Notes: generated from the letters alone by a model not told the origin. A stretch of DNA of 55,456 nt from Oculatellaceae cyanobacterium bins.114 (GCA_033764315.1 JANRJA010000215.1:1-55456), one strand, 5' to 3'; positions 1 through 9,143 are shown, counted from the stretch's first letter. Program-made: numbers and translations.

Positions 1-1067
1 ACCTGCTGCACGGCTGGATGAACCAGTTTATGTTGATTCACATTCAGCCCTTTGGCTAGTGACTCATCCATATCCAACGCTTTAATGCCATAGTTTGCCA
101 GCTTGAGCACATAGGGCAACGTGCTGTTGTTGAGAGCTTGAGTCGCTGTCCAGGGAACAGCACCCGGCATATTAGGCACACCATAATGCACTACATCCGC
201 TTCGACATAAGTGGGATGAGTATGAGACGTGGGATGCAAGGTTTCGATGCAACCCCCTTGATCGACTGCCACATCCACAATCACCGAACCGGGACGCATT
301 TTAGCCACTAAATCACGCTTCACCAAAATGGGTGCTCGGCGACCAGGCACCAGAACTGCACCAATGAGTAAGTCTGCATCTGGAACGGAGGTCTCAATTT
401 GAGACACCGTGCTATAGAGCAGTTCGACTCTGGAGCCAAACAGGGTTTCTAGATAGGCTAATCGTTCCAGGTTAATGTCAATGATTTGCACTCGTGCTCC
501 CATGCCAACGGCAATCTTGGCAGCCTCAGTGCCGACCACTCCACCTCCTAAAATGACAACTTTTCCGGGTCTGACACCAGGCACACCTCCCAACAACACA
601 CCCCGTCCACCCTGTTGCCGTTCAAGATAGCGCGCCCCAAATTGCACAGATAACCGTCCTGCGATAATGCTCATGGGGGTCAAGAGAGGCAACGAATGAT
701 TGGCAAGCTCGACCGTTTCATAGGCGATCGCCGTGACTCCACTGTTGAGCAAATGCTCGGTTAGCTCACGGGCAGCCGCTAAGTGCAAGTAGGTAAACAA
801 CAACTGTCCCTTTTGAATATGGGGAAACTCAGGTGGAAGCGGTTCTTTCACCTTAACCACTAACTCTCGATTCCAGACGTCGTCTGCTTGAGCCACAATT
901 TTAGCTCCGGCTTGCACATACTCATCATCGATAAACCCTGCTCCGACTCCGGCTTGAGTCTGCACAAAAACCGTGTGTCCTGCATCGCTTAACACCCGCA
1001 CGCTTGCCGGACTCAAGCCCACTCGAAATTCCTGATCCTTCGTTTCTTTGGGCACACCAATTTCCAT
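1..1067 (-). CDS. ald: Alanine dehydrogenase (3' end runs off the window)
   Basis: Manual translation from ATG at 1067: MEIGVPKETKDQEFRVGLSP..., VVKVKEP, LLGGVPGV, GGGVVG, HYGVPNMPGAVP. Absent from the ORF track because it is truncated. Confidence 0.95.
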   Translation of the reverse strand, partial: MEIGVPKETKDQEFRVGLSPASVRVLSDAGHTVFVQTQAGVGAGFIDDEYVQAGAKIVAQADDVWNRELVVKVKEPLPPEFPHIQKGQLLFTYLHLAAARELTEHLLNSGVTAIAYETVELANHSLPLLTPMSIIAGRLSVQFGARYLERQQGGRGVLLGGVPGVRPGKVVILGGGVVGTEAAKIAVGMGARVQIIDINLERLAYLETLFGSRVELLYSTVSQIETSVPDADLLIGAVLVPGRRAPILVKRDLVAKMRPGSVIVDVAVDQGGCIETLHPTSHTHPTYVEADVVHYGVPNMPGAVPWTATQALNNSTLPYVLKLANYGIKALDMDESLAKGLNVNQHKLVHPAVQQ

Positions 1068-1203
1068 CTTTAAAACCTCTATAGATCAACCCAAATCTTG
1101 CAATCTACCCAAAACTTCCATTTAAGAGGATTGCTATTAATATCCATATCTCTAGCTTAGACTTCTGGTCTGTATCGTTCATCGCCTGATTGGGGCAGCA
1201 AGG

Positions 1204-1258
1204 TTGACGATTGCAAAAGCATCACTACAATAGAAGATGGAGTGTAAACTTTTGTAAA
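1204..1258 (+). promoter_or_regulatory. hli promoter (TTGACG-16bp-TACAAT) with HLR1-like RpaB site
   Basis: TTGACG 1204-1209 and TACAAT 1226-1231. Positions 1241-1258 read TTTACAAA-AG-TTTACACT on the minus strand, matching the HLR1 direct repeat known upstream of hli genes. Confidence 0.65.
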
Positions 1259-1266
1259 TTAAAGCC

Positions 1267-1443
1267 ATGACTCAGACCCCTCCTCAACCTACGATGTCTC
1301 CCCAACTCGAAGAGCCTAAATTTGGCTTTAATGATTACGCTGAACGTTTGAACGGTCGAGCTGCAATGATTGGTTTTGTGATTGCCTTAGTTATTGAGTA
1401 TGTCACTGGCCAAGGGCTTTTGTCCTGGCTGGGGCTGTACTAA
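1267..1443 (+). CDS. hliD: High-light-inducible protein (CAB/ELIP/HLIP single helix), HliD/ScpE-like
   Basis: 58 aa, below the ORF-track cutoff: MTQTPPQPTMSPQLEEPKFGFNDYAERLNGRAAMIGFVIALVIEYVTGQGLLSWLGLY. Contains the ExxNGRxAM chlorophyll-binding motif. Confidence 0.92.
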   Translation: MTQTPPQPTMSPQLEEPKFGFNDYAERLNGRAAMIGFVIALVIEYVTGQGLLSWLGLY

Positions 1444-1497
1444 TAGCACCTGGTAGATGGACTAATCGCTTTTAACGGCACTGCAGAGGTTTTCTAG

Positions 1498-1530
1498 ATC
1501 CCTGGCTTATCAAAAGGCCAGGGATTTATT
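1498..1530 (+). terminator. Rho-independent terminator after hliD
   Basis: ATCCCTGGCTT-ATCAA-AAGGCCAGGGAT hairpin followed by TTATT. Confidence 0.6.
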
Positions 1531-1712
1531 ATGCAGTACCACATTTGTCACTTGTGAACTTTTTCGGTTCAAACAAATTCTCTATAATTCCTCGCAAGTG
1601 ACGAGCTAGATTAGTAATAGAAGCGCACGGGTGAGTCGAGTCGTTTTTGATATCCCACAGTCGCTTTTATCCAGTTGCTTAATATTTGTTCAGTCCATTA
1701 AGAGTACGTTTG

Positions 1713-2006
1713 ATGAGTCGTTCGTGGCGTCGATTGTTAAAGTCAACCTATCGCAGAGAACCCATCTCCAGCTTCATTTTGACCGTTGGTCTAGTTGACG
1801 CGGTGATCGGGGGTGTGGGCGATCGCTGGTCATTGATGACCGTTGGCATTGGCATTGTAGGAGTGGCGATCGCCCTGCGGGTGTTAAAGTCACGACAGCC
1901 CATTGAAGAAGCACCCACCCGAGCACCCATTCACTATTTACCTGCTCGCACCAGCAGCCCCAGCTTACCGATGTTAACCCTGTCACGGAAACGTCCTTCT
2001 AATTAA
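1713..2006 (+). CDS. Hypothetical two-TM membrane protein
   Basis: ATG at 1713 preferred over TTG at 1686. Two hydrophobic segments and a Pro-rich tail. Confidence 0.75.
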   Translation: MSRSWRRLLKSTYRREPISSFILTVGLVDAVIGGVGDRWSLMTVGIGIVGVAIALRVLKSRQPIEEAPTRAPIHYLPARTSSPSLPMLTLSRKRPSN

Positions 2007-2034
2007 ATCTCTTTGTCGAGTTCATCTAGCCATT

Positions 2035-2517
2035 GTGTCCCAGGTCGCTCCCAAAGCATTAAAAATTGGTGAGGTGTCAACCCTGAGTGGGTTGCCGATT
2101 AAAACAATTCGCTATTACGACGACATTGGGTTGTTAGCCCCCACCGTAGAGCGATCAGACTCTCGCTATCGCTTGTTTGAACCAACGGTGTTGAGTCGGC
2201 TCTCGTTTGTTAAACGAGCACAGTCTTTGGGGTTGAGTTTAGGAGAGATTCAGCAAATTTTGAGCGTCCGCGATCAGGGTCAGTTGCCCTGCGGTGAAGT
2301 GCGGCAACACCTAGAGGCCAAGCTAGAGGCGATCGCCAATCAAATCGCTACCCTAGAGCTATTGAGATCAGAGTTACAAGGCATTTTGGCCGGTTGGCAA
2401 GAGCAATTTGCCACTGACTTGGCGGCTCAGACGATCTGCCCCAATTTGCAACCAGATCCCTCTAACCGAGACAAACCCTCTCCAGATTTAGCGCAGCTTG
2501 AGCGTGGCAACTTGTAA
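2035..2517 (+). CDS. MerR-family heavy-metal-responsive transcriptional regulator
   Basis: LKIGEV...TIRYYDDIGLL HTH, RAQSLGLSLGEI, LPC and ICP cysteines. Confidence 0.92.
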   Translation: MSQVAPKALKIGEVSTLSGLPIKTIRYYDDIGLLAPTVERSDSRYRLFEPTVLSRLSFVKRAQSLGLSLGEIQQILSVRDQGQLPCGEVRQHLEAKLEAIANQIATLELLRSELQGILAGWQEQFATDLAAQTICPNLQPDPSNRDKPSPDLAQLERGNL

Positions 2518-2721
2518 AATCTGCCACTCATCATGAGTAATTCCTAACAATTCTGAAAAATTTCTGCAAAACCCTGGTTCCAATTGGGTCTTGTAGAAAT
2601 ATGATTGGGGACATCAGTTGTTGTACAGATATAGTGCTTTTGAGGACAGGAAACCAGAACAGTCACCCCTCAAAACACTAGCTGTTGAGCATTACTGAAA
2701 CATCTTGTTAGGCTCAGGTTT

Positions 2722-4890
2722 ATGCGTGTTTCCGTTATTGCCAGTTTAATTGCGGCGATCGGGTTGGTTGGATTAGTTGGATTAGACGACATCGCTCAGG
2801 GGTCTGTTCTCCTCGATCGAGAATTAATGCAGAGCCAATCTGAATTTGATCCCACTTCGGCTCATCGGGTCACGCCATCAGTTCCGCTATCTGACGCCAC
2901 TCAACCTTTGCTCATTAGCCAGTCTCAACCAAACACTTCCATTCATTACTACCAGGAGTATCAGACTGTTCCCACAGAACCCACTGCCACGGCTCCTACT
3001 CCTAACCTGGTTGATTTTCCCAGTCCGGCGACAACAGGGTCGGTGACACCCACCGTTGATTTTCCAAGACCTGTTATTGTGCCGATCGCGCCTGCCAGTC
3101 CGGCGATCGCTCCAGCAACCTCGACTCCTGTTGCCCCACTCACTACCAGTGACCTCGCGGTGACGGCCTTGAGTGTCAGAGTCCAGGGAGCCGATGCCGA
3201 GTTACAGCAGTTGGTCTTGCAAAGCATTCAAACTCGACTGGGTGGAGCTACCAGTCAGAGTCAACTTCAACGAGATGTCAGCACGATTTTAAATACCGGG
3301 TTGTTTGTGAATGCCACGGTCTTAAGCTATGCCCGTCAAGACGGAGTAGATGTTTTATTTACTGTCGAGCCTGTCGTGGTGCGATCGCTTCAACTGAATG
3401 GAGCACGGGTCTTGAGCACCACAACGGTAAATGAGATCTTTCAGGCTCAGTTAGGACAACCCATTAGCCCCAATGGGCTGCGTCAGGGAGTGGAGCAAAT
3501 CAACCAGTGGTATGCCGACAATGGCTATACGCTGGCTCAAGTCATCGCTCTGCGCCCCAGTCGAGAAGGCACAATCACAGTTAATGTCGCAGAGGGCATT
3601 ATTGCCCAAGTTAATATTCGCTTTTTAGATGCAGAAGGTAACCCGACTGATGAGCAGGGACAACCAATCCAGAGTCGCACCCAAGAGAGCTTCATTCGCG
3701 GTGAAATTCAACTACAACCCGGTCAAATTTTTAATGAAACTACGGCTCAAGAAGACCTACAGCGGTTGTTTCGCTTGGGGGTATTTGATCGGGCTGATAT
3801 CGCTTTGGCGGGCGATCCCCAGGCGATCGATGTCACCTACAACCTGATTGAGCGTCCCTCTCGCTCGATTAATCTGGGTGGGGGGTTCAGTGACCAAGCC
3901 GGTTTATTTGGCACGATTACCTACCAAGACAACAACATCGGTGGCATTGGGCAACGCTTAGGTGGCAACGTCCAAGTCGGCACTCGTGACTTTCAATTTG
4001 GGGTCAATTTCACCAGTCCCTATCGAGAGAGTGCTCCAAACCGTCTGGGTTATCAGGTCAATGCCTTTCGGCGGCGCACGCTATCGCCTACGTTTACGCA
4101 AGAGGTGCGGCTACCCAATGGAGATATTGCCCGTGAGGGGCGGTTTGGCGGTGGGGTGAGTGTGATGCGTCCGATTGGCGAATGGGATGCCGAATTGGGG
4201 TTGAACTACACAAGGGTCAGCATTCGCGATGGCAGTGGCGATATCACGACAGAAGATGAATTGGGCAATCCTCTAACCGTCAGTGGCGAAGGGGCAGACG
4301 ATCTGACGACCCTATCGTTTGAAGTCACTCAAGATCGGCGCAATAATCCGGTGAATCCCAGTGGAGGGTCGGTCTTGTCTCTGCGAACCGAGCAATCGAT
4401 TCCAATTGGGCAGGGCAACATTTTTCTCAATCGTCTACAAGCCAACTACACCCGTTATTTTCCGGTCAACTTGTTAGACGCAGGCACCCCAGAGGAACCG
4501 GAAATTTTAGCCTTCAACGTCCAGGGAGGAACCATTGTGGGCGATGCCCCTCCTTACTATTCCTTCAATTTAGGGGGCGGCAACTCGGTGCGGGGCTATC
4601 GAGAGGGGCGAGTTGGCACAGGGCGACGCTATGTGTTGGCGTCAGCAGAATATCGATTTCCTATCTTTCGGCCTGTGGGTGGCGTGTTTTTTGCCGATTT
4701 TGCCTCTGATTTGGGGTCAGGAGATGAGGTGTTGGGGGAACCTGCGATCGCCCGTGATAAACCGGGCAGCGGATTTGGCTATGGCTTTGGCATTCGCATC
4801 GTGACTCCGATTGGCTTATTGCGGGGGGATTATGGCTTTAGCGATCGCGGAGACAGTCGATTTTTCTTTGGCATTGGACAGCGGTTCTAA
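2722..4890 (+). CDS. Omp85/BamA-TamA family outer membrane protein
   Basis: Signal peptide, Pro/Thr-rich linker, POTRA repeats, SVRGY motif and C-terminal FGIGQRF. Confidence 0.92.
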   Translation: MRVSVIASLIAAIGLVGLVGLDDIAQGSVLLDRELMQSQSEFDPTSAHRVTPSVPLSDATQPLLISQSQPNTSIHYYQEYQTVPTEPTATAPTPNLVDFPSPATTGSVTPTVDFPRPVIVPIAPASPAIAPATSTPVAPLTTSDLAVTALSVRVQGADAELQQLVLQSIQTRLGGATSQSQLQRDVSTILNTGLFVNATVLSYARQDGVDVLFTVEPVVVRSLQLNGARVLSTTTVNEIFQAQLGQPISPNGLRQGVEQINQWYADNGYTLAQVIALRPSREGTITVNVAEGIIAQVNIRFLDAEGNPTDEQGQPIQSRTQESFIRGEIQLQPGQIFNETTAQEDLQRLFRLGVFDRADIALAGDPQAIDVTYNLIERPSRSINLGGGFSDQAGLFGTITYQDNNIGGIGQRLGGNVQVGTRDFQFGVNFTSPYRESAPNRLGYQVNAFRRRTLSPTFTQEVRLPNGDIAREGRFGGGVSVMRPIGEWDAELGLNYTRVSIRDGSGDITTEDELGNPLTVSGEGADDLTTLSFEVTQDRRNNPVNPSGGSVLSLRTEQSIPIGQGNIFLNRLQANYTRYFPVNLLDAGTPEEPEILAFNVQGGTIVGDAPPYYSFNLGGGNSVRGYREGRVGTGRRYVLASAEYRFPIFRPVGGVFFADFASDLGSGDEVLGEPAIARDKPGSGFGYGFGIRIVTPIGLLRGDYGFSDRGDSRFFFGIGQRF

Positions 4891-5058
4891 AGGTAGCAAT
4901 GAGAACATGAGAACGTCAGCCGACACGGAGTAGACCACCCATGACCACTCGTGGACTACACATCGATCCCCCGTCAGGGCATTTCAAGAAAACCCTCTTG
5001 GGTGTTTCAGAGGTAAGTAAACCGTCGATGACCCTGACCGATAACGCATCGCATTTAG

Positions 5059-5091
5059 CACTCAGTACTCAAAACTCAGTACTCAAAACTC
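5059..5091. repeat. STRR-type heptamer tandem repeat
   Basis: cactcagtactcaaaactcagtactcaaaactc, made of ACTCAGT/ACTCAAA units. Confidence 0.6.
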
Positions 5092-5277
5092 CTTACGAAG
5101 TGTGACGCAATTTTTACTCAGGATTGCTTTACTTTTAGCTCTGCACCCTTCATTTCTCTTGCTTTCCTGGTTTTTCGTCAAACGCAAAGAAATGTTTCAT
5201 TCTTTAAACGCAAGTACTGATGTCTAACACCTCAAAACTCCTGTGCCATAATCAATCACAGTGCTAGGTGTTGCAGT

Positions 5278-7197
5278 GTGAACCAGCTACTGGGCGGTCG
5301 CTACCAATTTATCAAAATCTTAGGTTCAGACGTATTAGGACGTACCTATCTCGTCGGTGATACTCAGCTTTCTGGTTATCCTAAATGCGTCGTTAGACAT
5401 CTCAAGCTTCCTGAGCAAAACCCTCGAACGTTGCGATTTGTGTTGACGCTGCTCAAAAAGAAGGCAGAGTCACTCCAAAAATTTAGCAAGCACGATCGCA
5501 TGCCTGAGATTTTGTCCTTCTTTGAGGAAGACAATAATTTTTATTTAATCGAAGAATTTGTTCCTGGGCAGCCTTTGACTCAAGAACTAGAATCAGGTCG
5601 TCCGTGGGCTGAAGCTCAAGTCATCAAGCTATTACAAGAGATTTTAGAGATTTTGGTGGTGGTGCATGGCTGGGGTGTAGTGCACCGCAGTATCAAACCC
5701 TCTAGTTTGATTCGACGCCGCTCAGATGGGTTGTTAGTGCTGACTGGGTTTGGCATTTTTCGAGAAATTAGTGCTCAGGCAACGCGATCGCTCGACTCTG
5801 CTCCCGGCAACACCGCCAATGGCTCATCTGCTTATATCCCACCTGATCAGATTCAGGGGCAACTGCAATTTAACAGTGATCTTTACGCAGTTGGAGTAAT
5901 TGCGATTCAAGCTTTGACGGGTCTACCAGCCGAGGTTTTAGCCCAGTTGCTAACCAGTGACTCTAGCAATGGACAAGGACGCTCTTGGCACGCTCATACC
6001 TCTGTGAGACGAGATCTAAAAATCTTGCTTGATAAGCTGGTGCACCCCGAAGGTAAACAGCGGTATCAGCTTGCCACTGAGGCATTGGATGATTTACACC
6101 ATCAAGTCTTGGCAAAGCCACCTGCCAAGGTATCTGTCTCAATAGGCGATGAGCCGTTTGAAGTCGCTTCGGTAGAACCGTTGCAGGTGCCTCAAAAACT
6201 GCCCTCTCAGGCTCAATCACCCCGTCGCCGTGACACGCCACGTCCTCTTGTGGCGATCGCCTTGGGGGGGCTTGCACTGGTGGTATTAGGGGCATTTTTG
6301 TTGAAACTACCACAGTCGTTACTGGCTCAATATTTTTTGCAACGAGCCTCTGAGCAAAAACAACTCAATCAACCCGATCAAGCGATCGCCAGCTATACCC
6401 AAGCGATTCAGTGGTATCCGAGCAGTTTTGCCTATTTCAATCGGGGTGTAGTTCACACTCAGCAAGAAGAACTGCAATCGGCTTTAGAAGACCTAGATCG
6501 AGCGATTCAGCTTGATCCCAATATGGCGCAAGCGTATTATGAGCGCGGAAATATTTGGTTTGAACTGGGCGATCGCCAACGAGCCATTGCCGACTATACC
6601 CAAACGATCCGCCTCACTCCCAACATCCCAAAAGCCTATGTCAACCGGGGCACAGCACGAGCAGAGTCAGGAGATGAGGCAGGAGCAGTTGACGATTATA
6701 CACAAGCGATTCAAGTGGATCCAACCTTTCCGGCGGCCTATCTTAACCGCTGCCTATCTCGTTCTAATTTAGGAGATCATCAAGAAGCGATCGCCGATTG
6801 CACGCAAGCCATTAACTTGCAACCTAACTCAGTGCGGGCTTACCAAAATCGCGGATTGGCTCGACGACGATTGGGTGATTTGACAGGAGCCATCGAAGAT
6901 TTCAATATTGCGATTCGGCTCGATCCACAAGATCCAGATCCACATTACAATCGTGGACTTGCCCGCGATGAATTAGGGGATAAACAAGGGGCGATCGCTG
7001 ACTACACAACTGCGATTCAACGCGACCCAGAGCATGTGTTTGCTTATTACGACCGGGGGGTAGCACGAGTTGAAGCCGGAGATAAACAGGGAGCGATCGC
7101 TGATTTTCAACAATCTGCAACACTGTGTCTCAATTCAGGTCGCATGGGCTGCTATCAAGATGCTCAATATCAACTGAAGCAACTTCAGGAAAATTAA
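5278..7197 (+). CDS. Hanks-type kinase-fold protein (probable pseudokinase) with one TM helix and about 8 TPR repeats
   Basis: Kinase fold is recognisable but carries HRS/GFG in place of HRD/DFG. TM segment LVAIALGGLALVVLGAFLL; repeated AY.NRG...AI.DY..AI TPR motifs. Confidence 0.9.
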   Translation: MNQLLGGRYQFIKILGSDVLGRTYLVGDTQLSGYPKCVVRHLKLPEQNPRTLRFVLTLLKKKAESLQKFSKHDRMPEILSFFEEDNNFYLIEEFVPGQPLTQELESGRPWAEAQVIKLLQEILEILVVVHGWGVVHRSIKPSSLIRRRSDGLLVLTGFGIFREISAQATRSLDSAPGNTANGSSAYIPPDQIQGQLQFNSDLYAVGVIAIQALTGLPAEVLAQLLTSDSSNGQGRSWHAHTSVRRDLKILLDKLVHPEGKQRYQLATEALDDLHHQVLAKPPAKVSVSIGDEPFEVASVEPLQVPQKLPSQAQSPRRRDTPRPLVAIALGGLALVVLGAFLLKLPQSLLAQYFLQRASEQKQLNQPDQAIASYTQAIQWYPSSFAYFNRGVVHTQQEELQSALEDLDRAIQLDPNMAQAYYERGNIWFELGDRQRAIADYTQTIRLTPNIPKAYVNRGTARAESGDEAGAVDDYTQAIQVDPTFPAAYLNRCLSRSNLGDHQEAIADCTQAINLQPNSVRAYQNRGLARRRLGDLTGAIEDFNIAIRLDPQDPDPHYNRGLARDELGDKQGAIADYTTAIQRDPEHVFAYYDRGVARVEAGDKQGAIADFQQSATLCLNSGRMGCYQDAQYQLKQLQEN

Positions 7198-7421
7198 GCC
7201 TGATTGATTAACACTGACAGGGGAAATGCAACAATTTCCCGGCGACCGCTACCCCGATAGGAGGTGTCTCTGCGGTTAGTGTTACCCACGAGATGGGGTT
7301 GATTGGTGTCAGTATTAAGCTCAACATTAAGCTCAACCGAGGATGTCGCCATGTCTGAGGTGGCGATCGCCAAACCAGTTACAAACAGAGCCGAGAGAAC
7401 AGTGAACGGAAGAACACGCAT
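7194..7421 (-). CDS. patX: PatX-like secreted RGSGR-containing peptide
   Basis: 75 aa with an N-terminal hydrophobic signal-like segment. YRGSGRR lies near the C-terminus (RGSGR at 7242-7256), and TCCGGA lies upstream. Confidence 0.8.
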   Translation of the reverse strand: MRVLPFTVLSALFVTGLAIATSDMATSSVELNVELNTDTNQPHLVGNTNRRDTSYRGSGRREIVAFPLSVLINQA

Positions 7422-7452
7422 GGGAACAACCTATATAGAGGCATTTAATTCC

Positions 7453-7481
7453 CTATACAGGCCTGCGACTTCTCATCCGGA
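7453..7481 (-). promoter_or_regulatory. DIF1-like promoter motif upstream of patX
   Basis: Minus strand reads TCCGGA-17nt-GTATAG; TCCGGA at 7476-7481 is 55 nt upstream of the ATG. Confidence 0.6.
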
Positions 7482-7544
7482 TAGCACAGATGGGGTCATC
7501 TCTAGAAATGTCAATAGACAACTTACATAACCGTAGATAAATCC

Positions 7545-7630
7545 ATAGTCATCCAGGTTAGGACAAGGGGCTTAAGCCTCTTGTTGATTCCAAACTTTGA
7601 AATGTCCTAATGATCGTGACTACCGCCATA
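7545..7630. mobile_element. MITE-like element A with internal palindrome
   Basis: Ends TAGTCA...TTAGGAC / GTCCTAA...TGACTA; internal ACAAGGGGCTTAAGCCTCTTGT. Confidence 0.55.
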
Positions 7631-7933
7631 ACGTGAGTTTGAGATAAGAATTTTGGCGGTTAAAACCGCCGCTATACGAGCCAAACCGACCTGCGTCAGT
7701 GCGGCAACCTTTGATGTTTGGTAAACCTTAATGCCTGGTAGCCTGCCACCTTCTCTTAACATATAGCCGTAGTCATTCAGGTTAGGACGGGGTGCAGGGG
7801 TGAAACTCCTAGCTTGGGGGCACCGCCCCCACACCCCCTATGTCCTAAGTTAGCTGGCTACAGCTATACAAGGCAGACTTCGTTTGGATAGCCGCGAATT
7901 CATTCGCCAGGTGCTTAACCCGAATTGACGTTA
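7629..7933. mobile_element. MITE-like element B (hosts element C)
   Basis: 20-bp imperfect TIRs TAACGTGAGTTTGAGATAAG / CTTAACCCGAATTGACGTTA (15/20 match). Internal palindromes GGCGGTTAAAACCGCC and GCGAATTCATTCGC. Confidence 0.55.
7762..7868. mobile_element. MITE-like element C (107 bp)
   Basis: 27-bp imperfect TIRs TATAGCCGTAGTCATTCAGGTTAGGAC / GTCCTAAGTTAGCTGGCTACAGCTATA. A degenerate copy lies at 50252. Confidence 0.65.
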
Positions 7934-8048
7934 GCCACCAGGTTTAGAAGGGGACAACGGGATGTAGGAGCAAACAACTATAAGGACGTTTGATGAGACG
8001 TCCCTACACCGGGTTATGCAAATTGTTCAATCAACTCCGCCCAGGTTC

Positions 8049-9143
8049 TCAACCGACACAACCAGAGTTAATAGGCGATATAAAGCCTTTGCGAGCCCGT
8101 TGCTTAGCTGTCAGTCGAGAACGCCACTCACGAATCTCTTGAGCTTTACGGGCGATCGGAGACAAGTAGCGGGTGGTTTCAGCAGCCTCAGCCTCTGGCG
8201 AACCGCTAGAGCGCATCTTCGTATTCATGCAATCTGCCAGCTTATCTAGATAAGGCTCTAACTCAAGAGCACGCAGCACTTGCTCAGCCGATTGATAACG
8301 CTCACCCACCGAGCACTTCAACATCTTACTCAGCACTTTGCCAAAATGCTCACTCAGGTGTAGGGTTGACTCCCAGATAATTTCGCCAGTCAGAGGGTCA
8401 CAGTCAAATTCCATTGGGGGTCTACCTGTCAGCAAATAGAGACACGTCATACCGATCGCATAGATATCACTGGCATAGACTGGTCTCAACGAAATTTGCT
8501 CAGGTGGGGCAAAACCAACCGTGCCGACAAATTGAGTTGACTGTCCCCGTTGAGTCATGTCATCAACGTCAACAATCTGTTCTTTAACCGCTCCAAAATC
8601 AATTAACACCAAACGCCCATCGTCTTCGCAGCGAATAATGTTAAGCGGCTTGATATCCCGGTGAATCACCTGATTGCGATGAATATAGTCAAGGACAGGT
8701 AGAATCTCTCGCAAAAAACGCTTTACTGCAATTTCAGATAGAGGACCGATATTGCGAACCTCTTTGGCCAGGTTAACCCCTCGGACATATTCCTGAACCA
8801 GGTAAAACTCTCCCTGTTCTTGAAAGTAATCAAGCAATTGGGGAACTTGAGCATGGCTACCCAGTTGGGCCAAAGTCTTTGCCTCGCGCTCAAATCGCTC
8901 AGACGCTCGCTGTAAAATAGCGGGATTACTAACTTTGGGGCAAAGTTGCTTAATTACACACTCAGGGGAACCAGGCAAACTCACATCTTTGGCAAGATAA
9001 GTGACCCCAAAGCCACCTCGACCCAAGGTCTGTAACACTCTATAGCGATTGCGAAAGAGTTTTTTAGACCCACACAACTGACTCAGTGGAGTGTTCTGAG
9101 TGGGGCGGCGGAAACGGGAAAAGATGGCTACTGAAGAATCCAT
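8049..9143 (-). CDS. Serine/threonine protein kinase (Pkn2-type, soluble, intact catalytic motifs)
   Basis: LGRGGFG, CVIK, FEREA, HRDIKPLN, IDFG, GFAPPE. Confidence 0.95.
   Translation of the reverse strand: MDSSVAIFSRFRRPTQNTPLSQLCGSKKLFRNRYRVLQTLGRGGFGVTYLAKDVSLPGSPECVIKQLCPKVSNPAILQRASERFEREAKTLAQLGSHAQVPQLLDYFQEQGEFYLVQEYVRGVNLAKEVRNIGPLSEIAVKRFLREILPVLDYIHRNQVIHRDIKPLNIIRCEDDGRLVLIDFGAVKEQIVDVDDMTQRGQSTQFVGTVGFAPPEQISLRPVYASDIYAIGMTCLYLLTGRPPMEFDCDPLTGEIIWESTLHLSEHFGKVLSKMLKCSVGERYQSAEQVLRALELEPYLDKLADCMNTKMRSSGSPEAEAAETTRYLSPIARKAQEIREWRSRLTAKQRARKGFISPINSGCVG

Noticed and set aside
4941..5105. 54-aa intergenic ORF MTTRGLHID...
   Set aside because: Runs through a heptamer repeat and has no recognisable features.
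7607..7834. 75-aa ORF in the repeat stack (also 50173-50460 and 51638-51913)
   Set aside because: These lie across MITE/SDR palindromes and are likely spurious.
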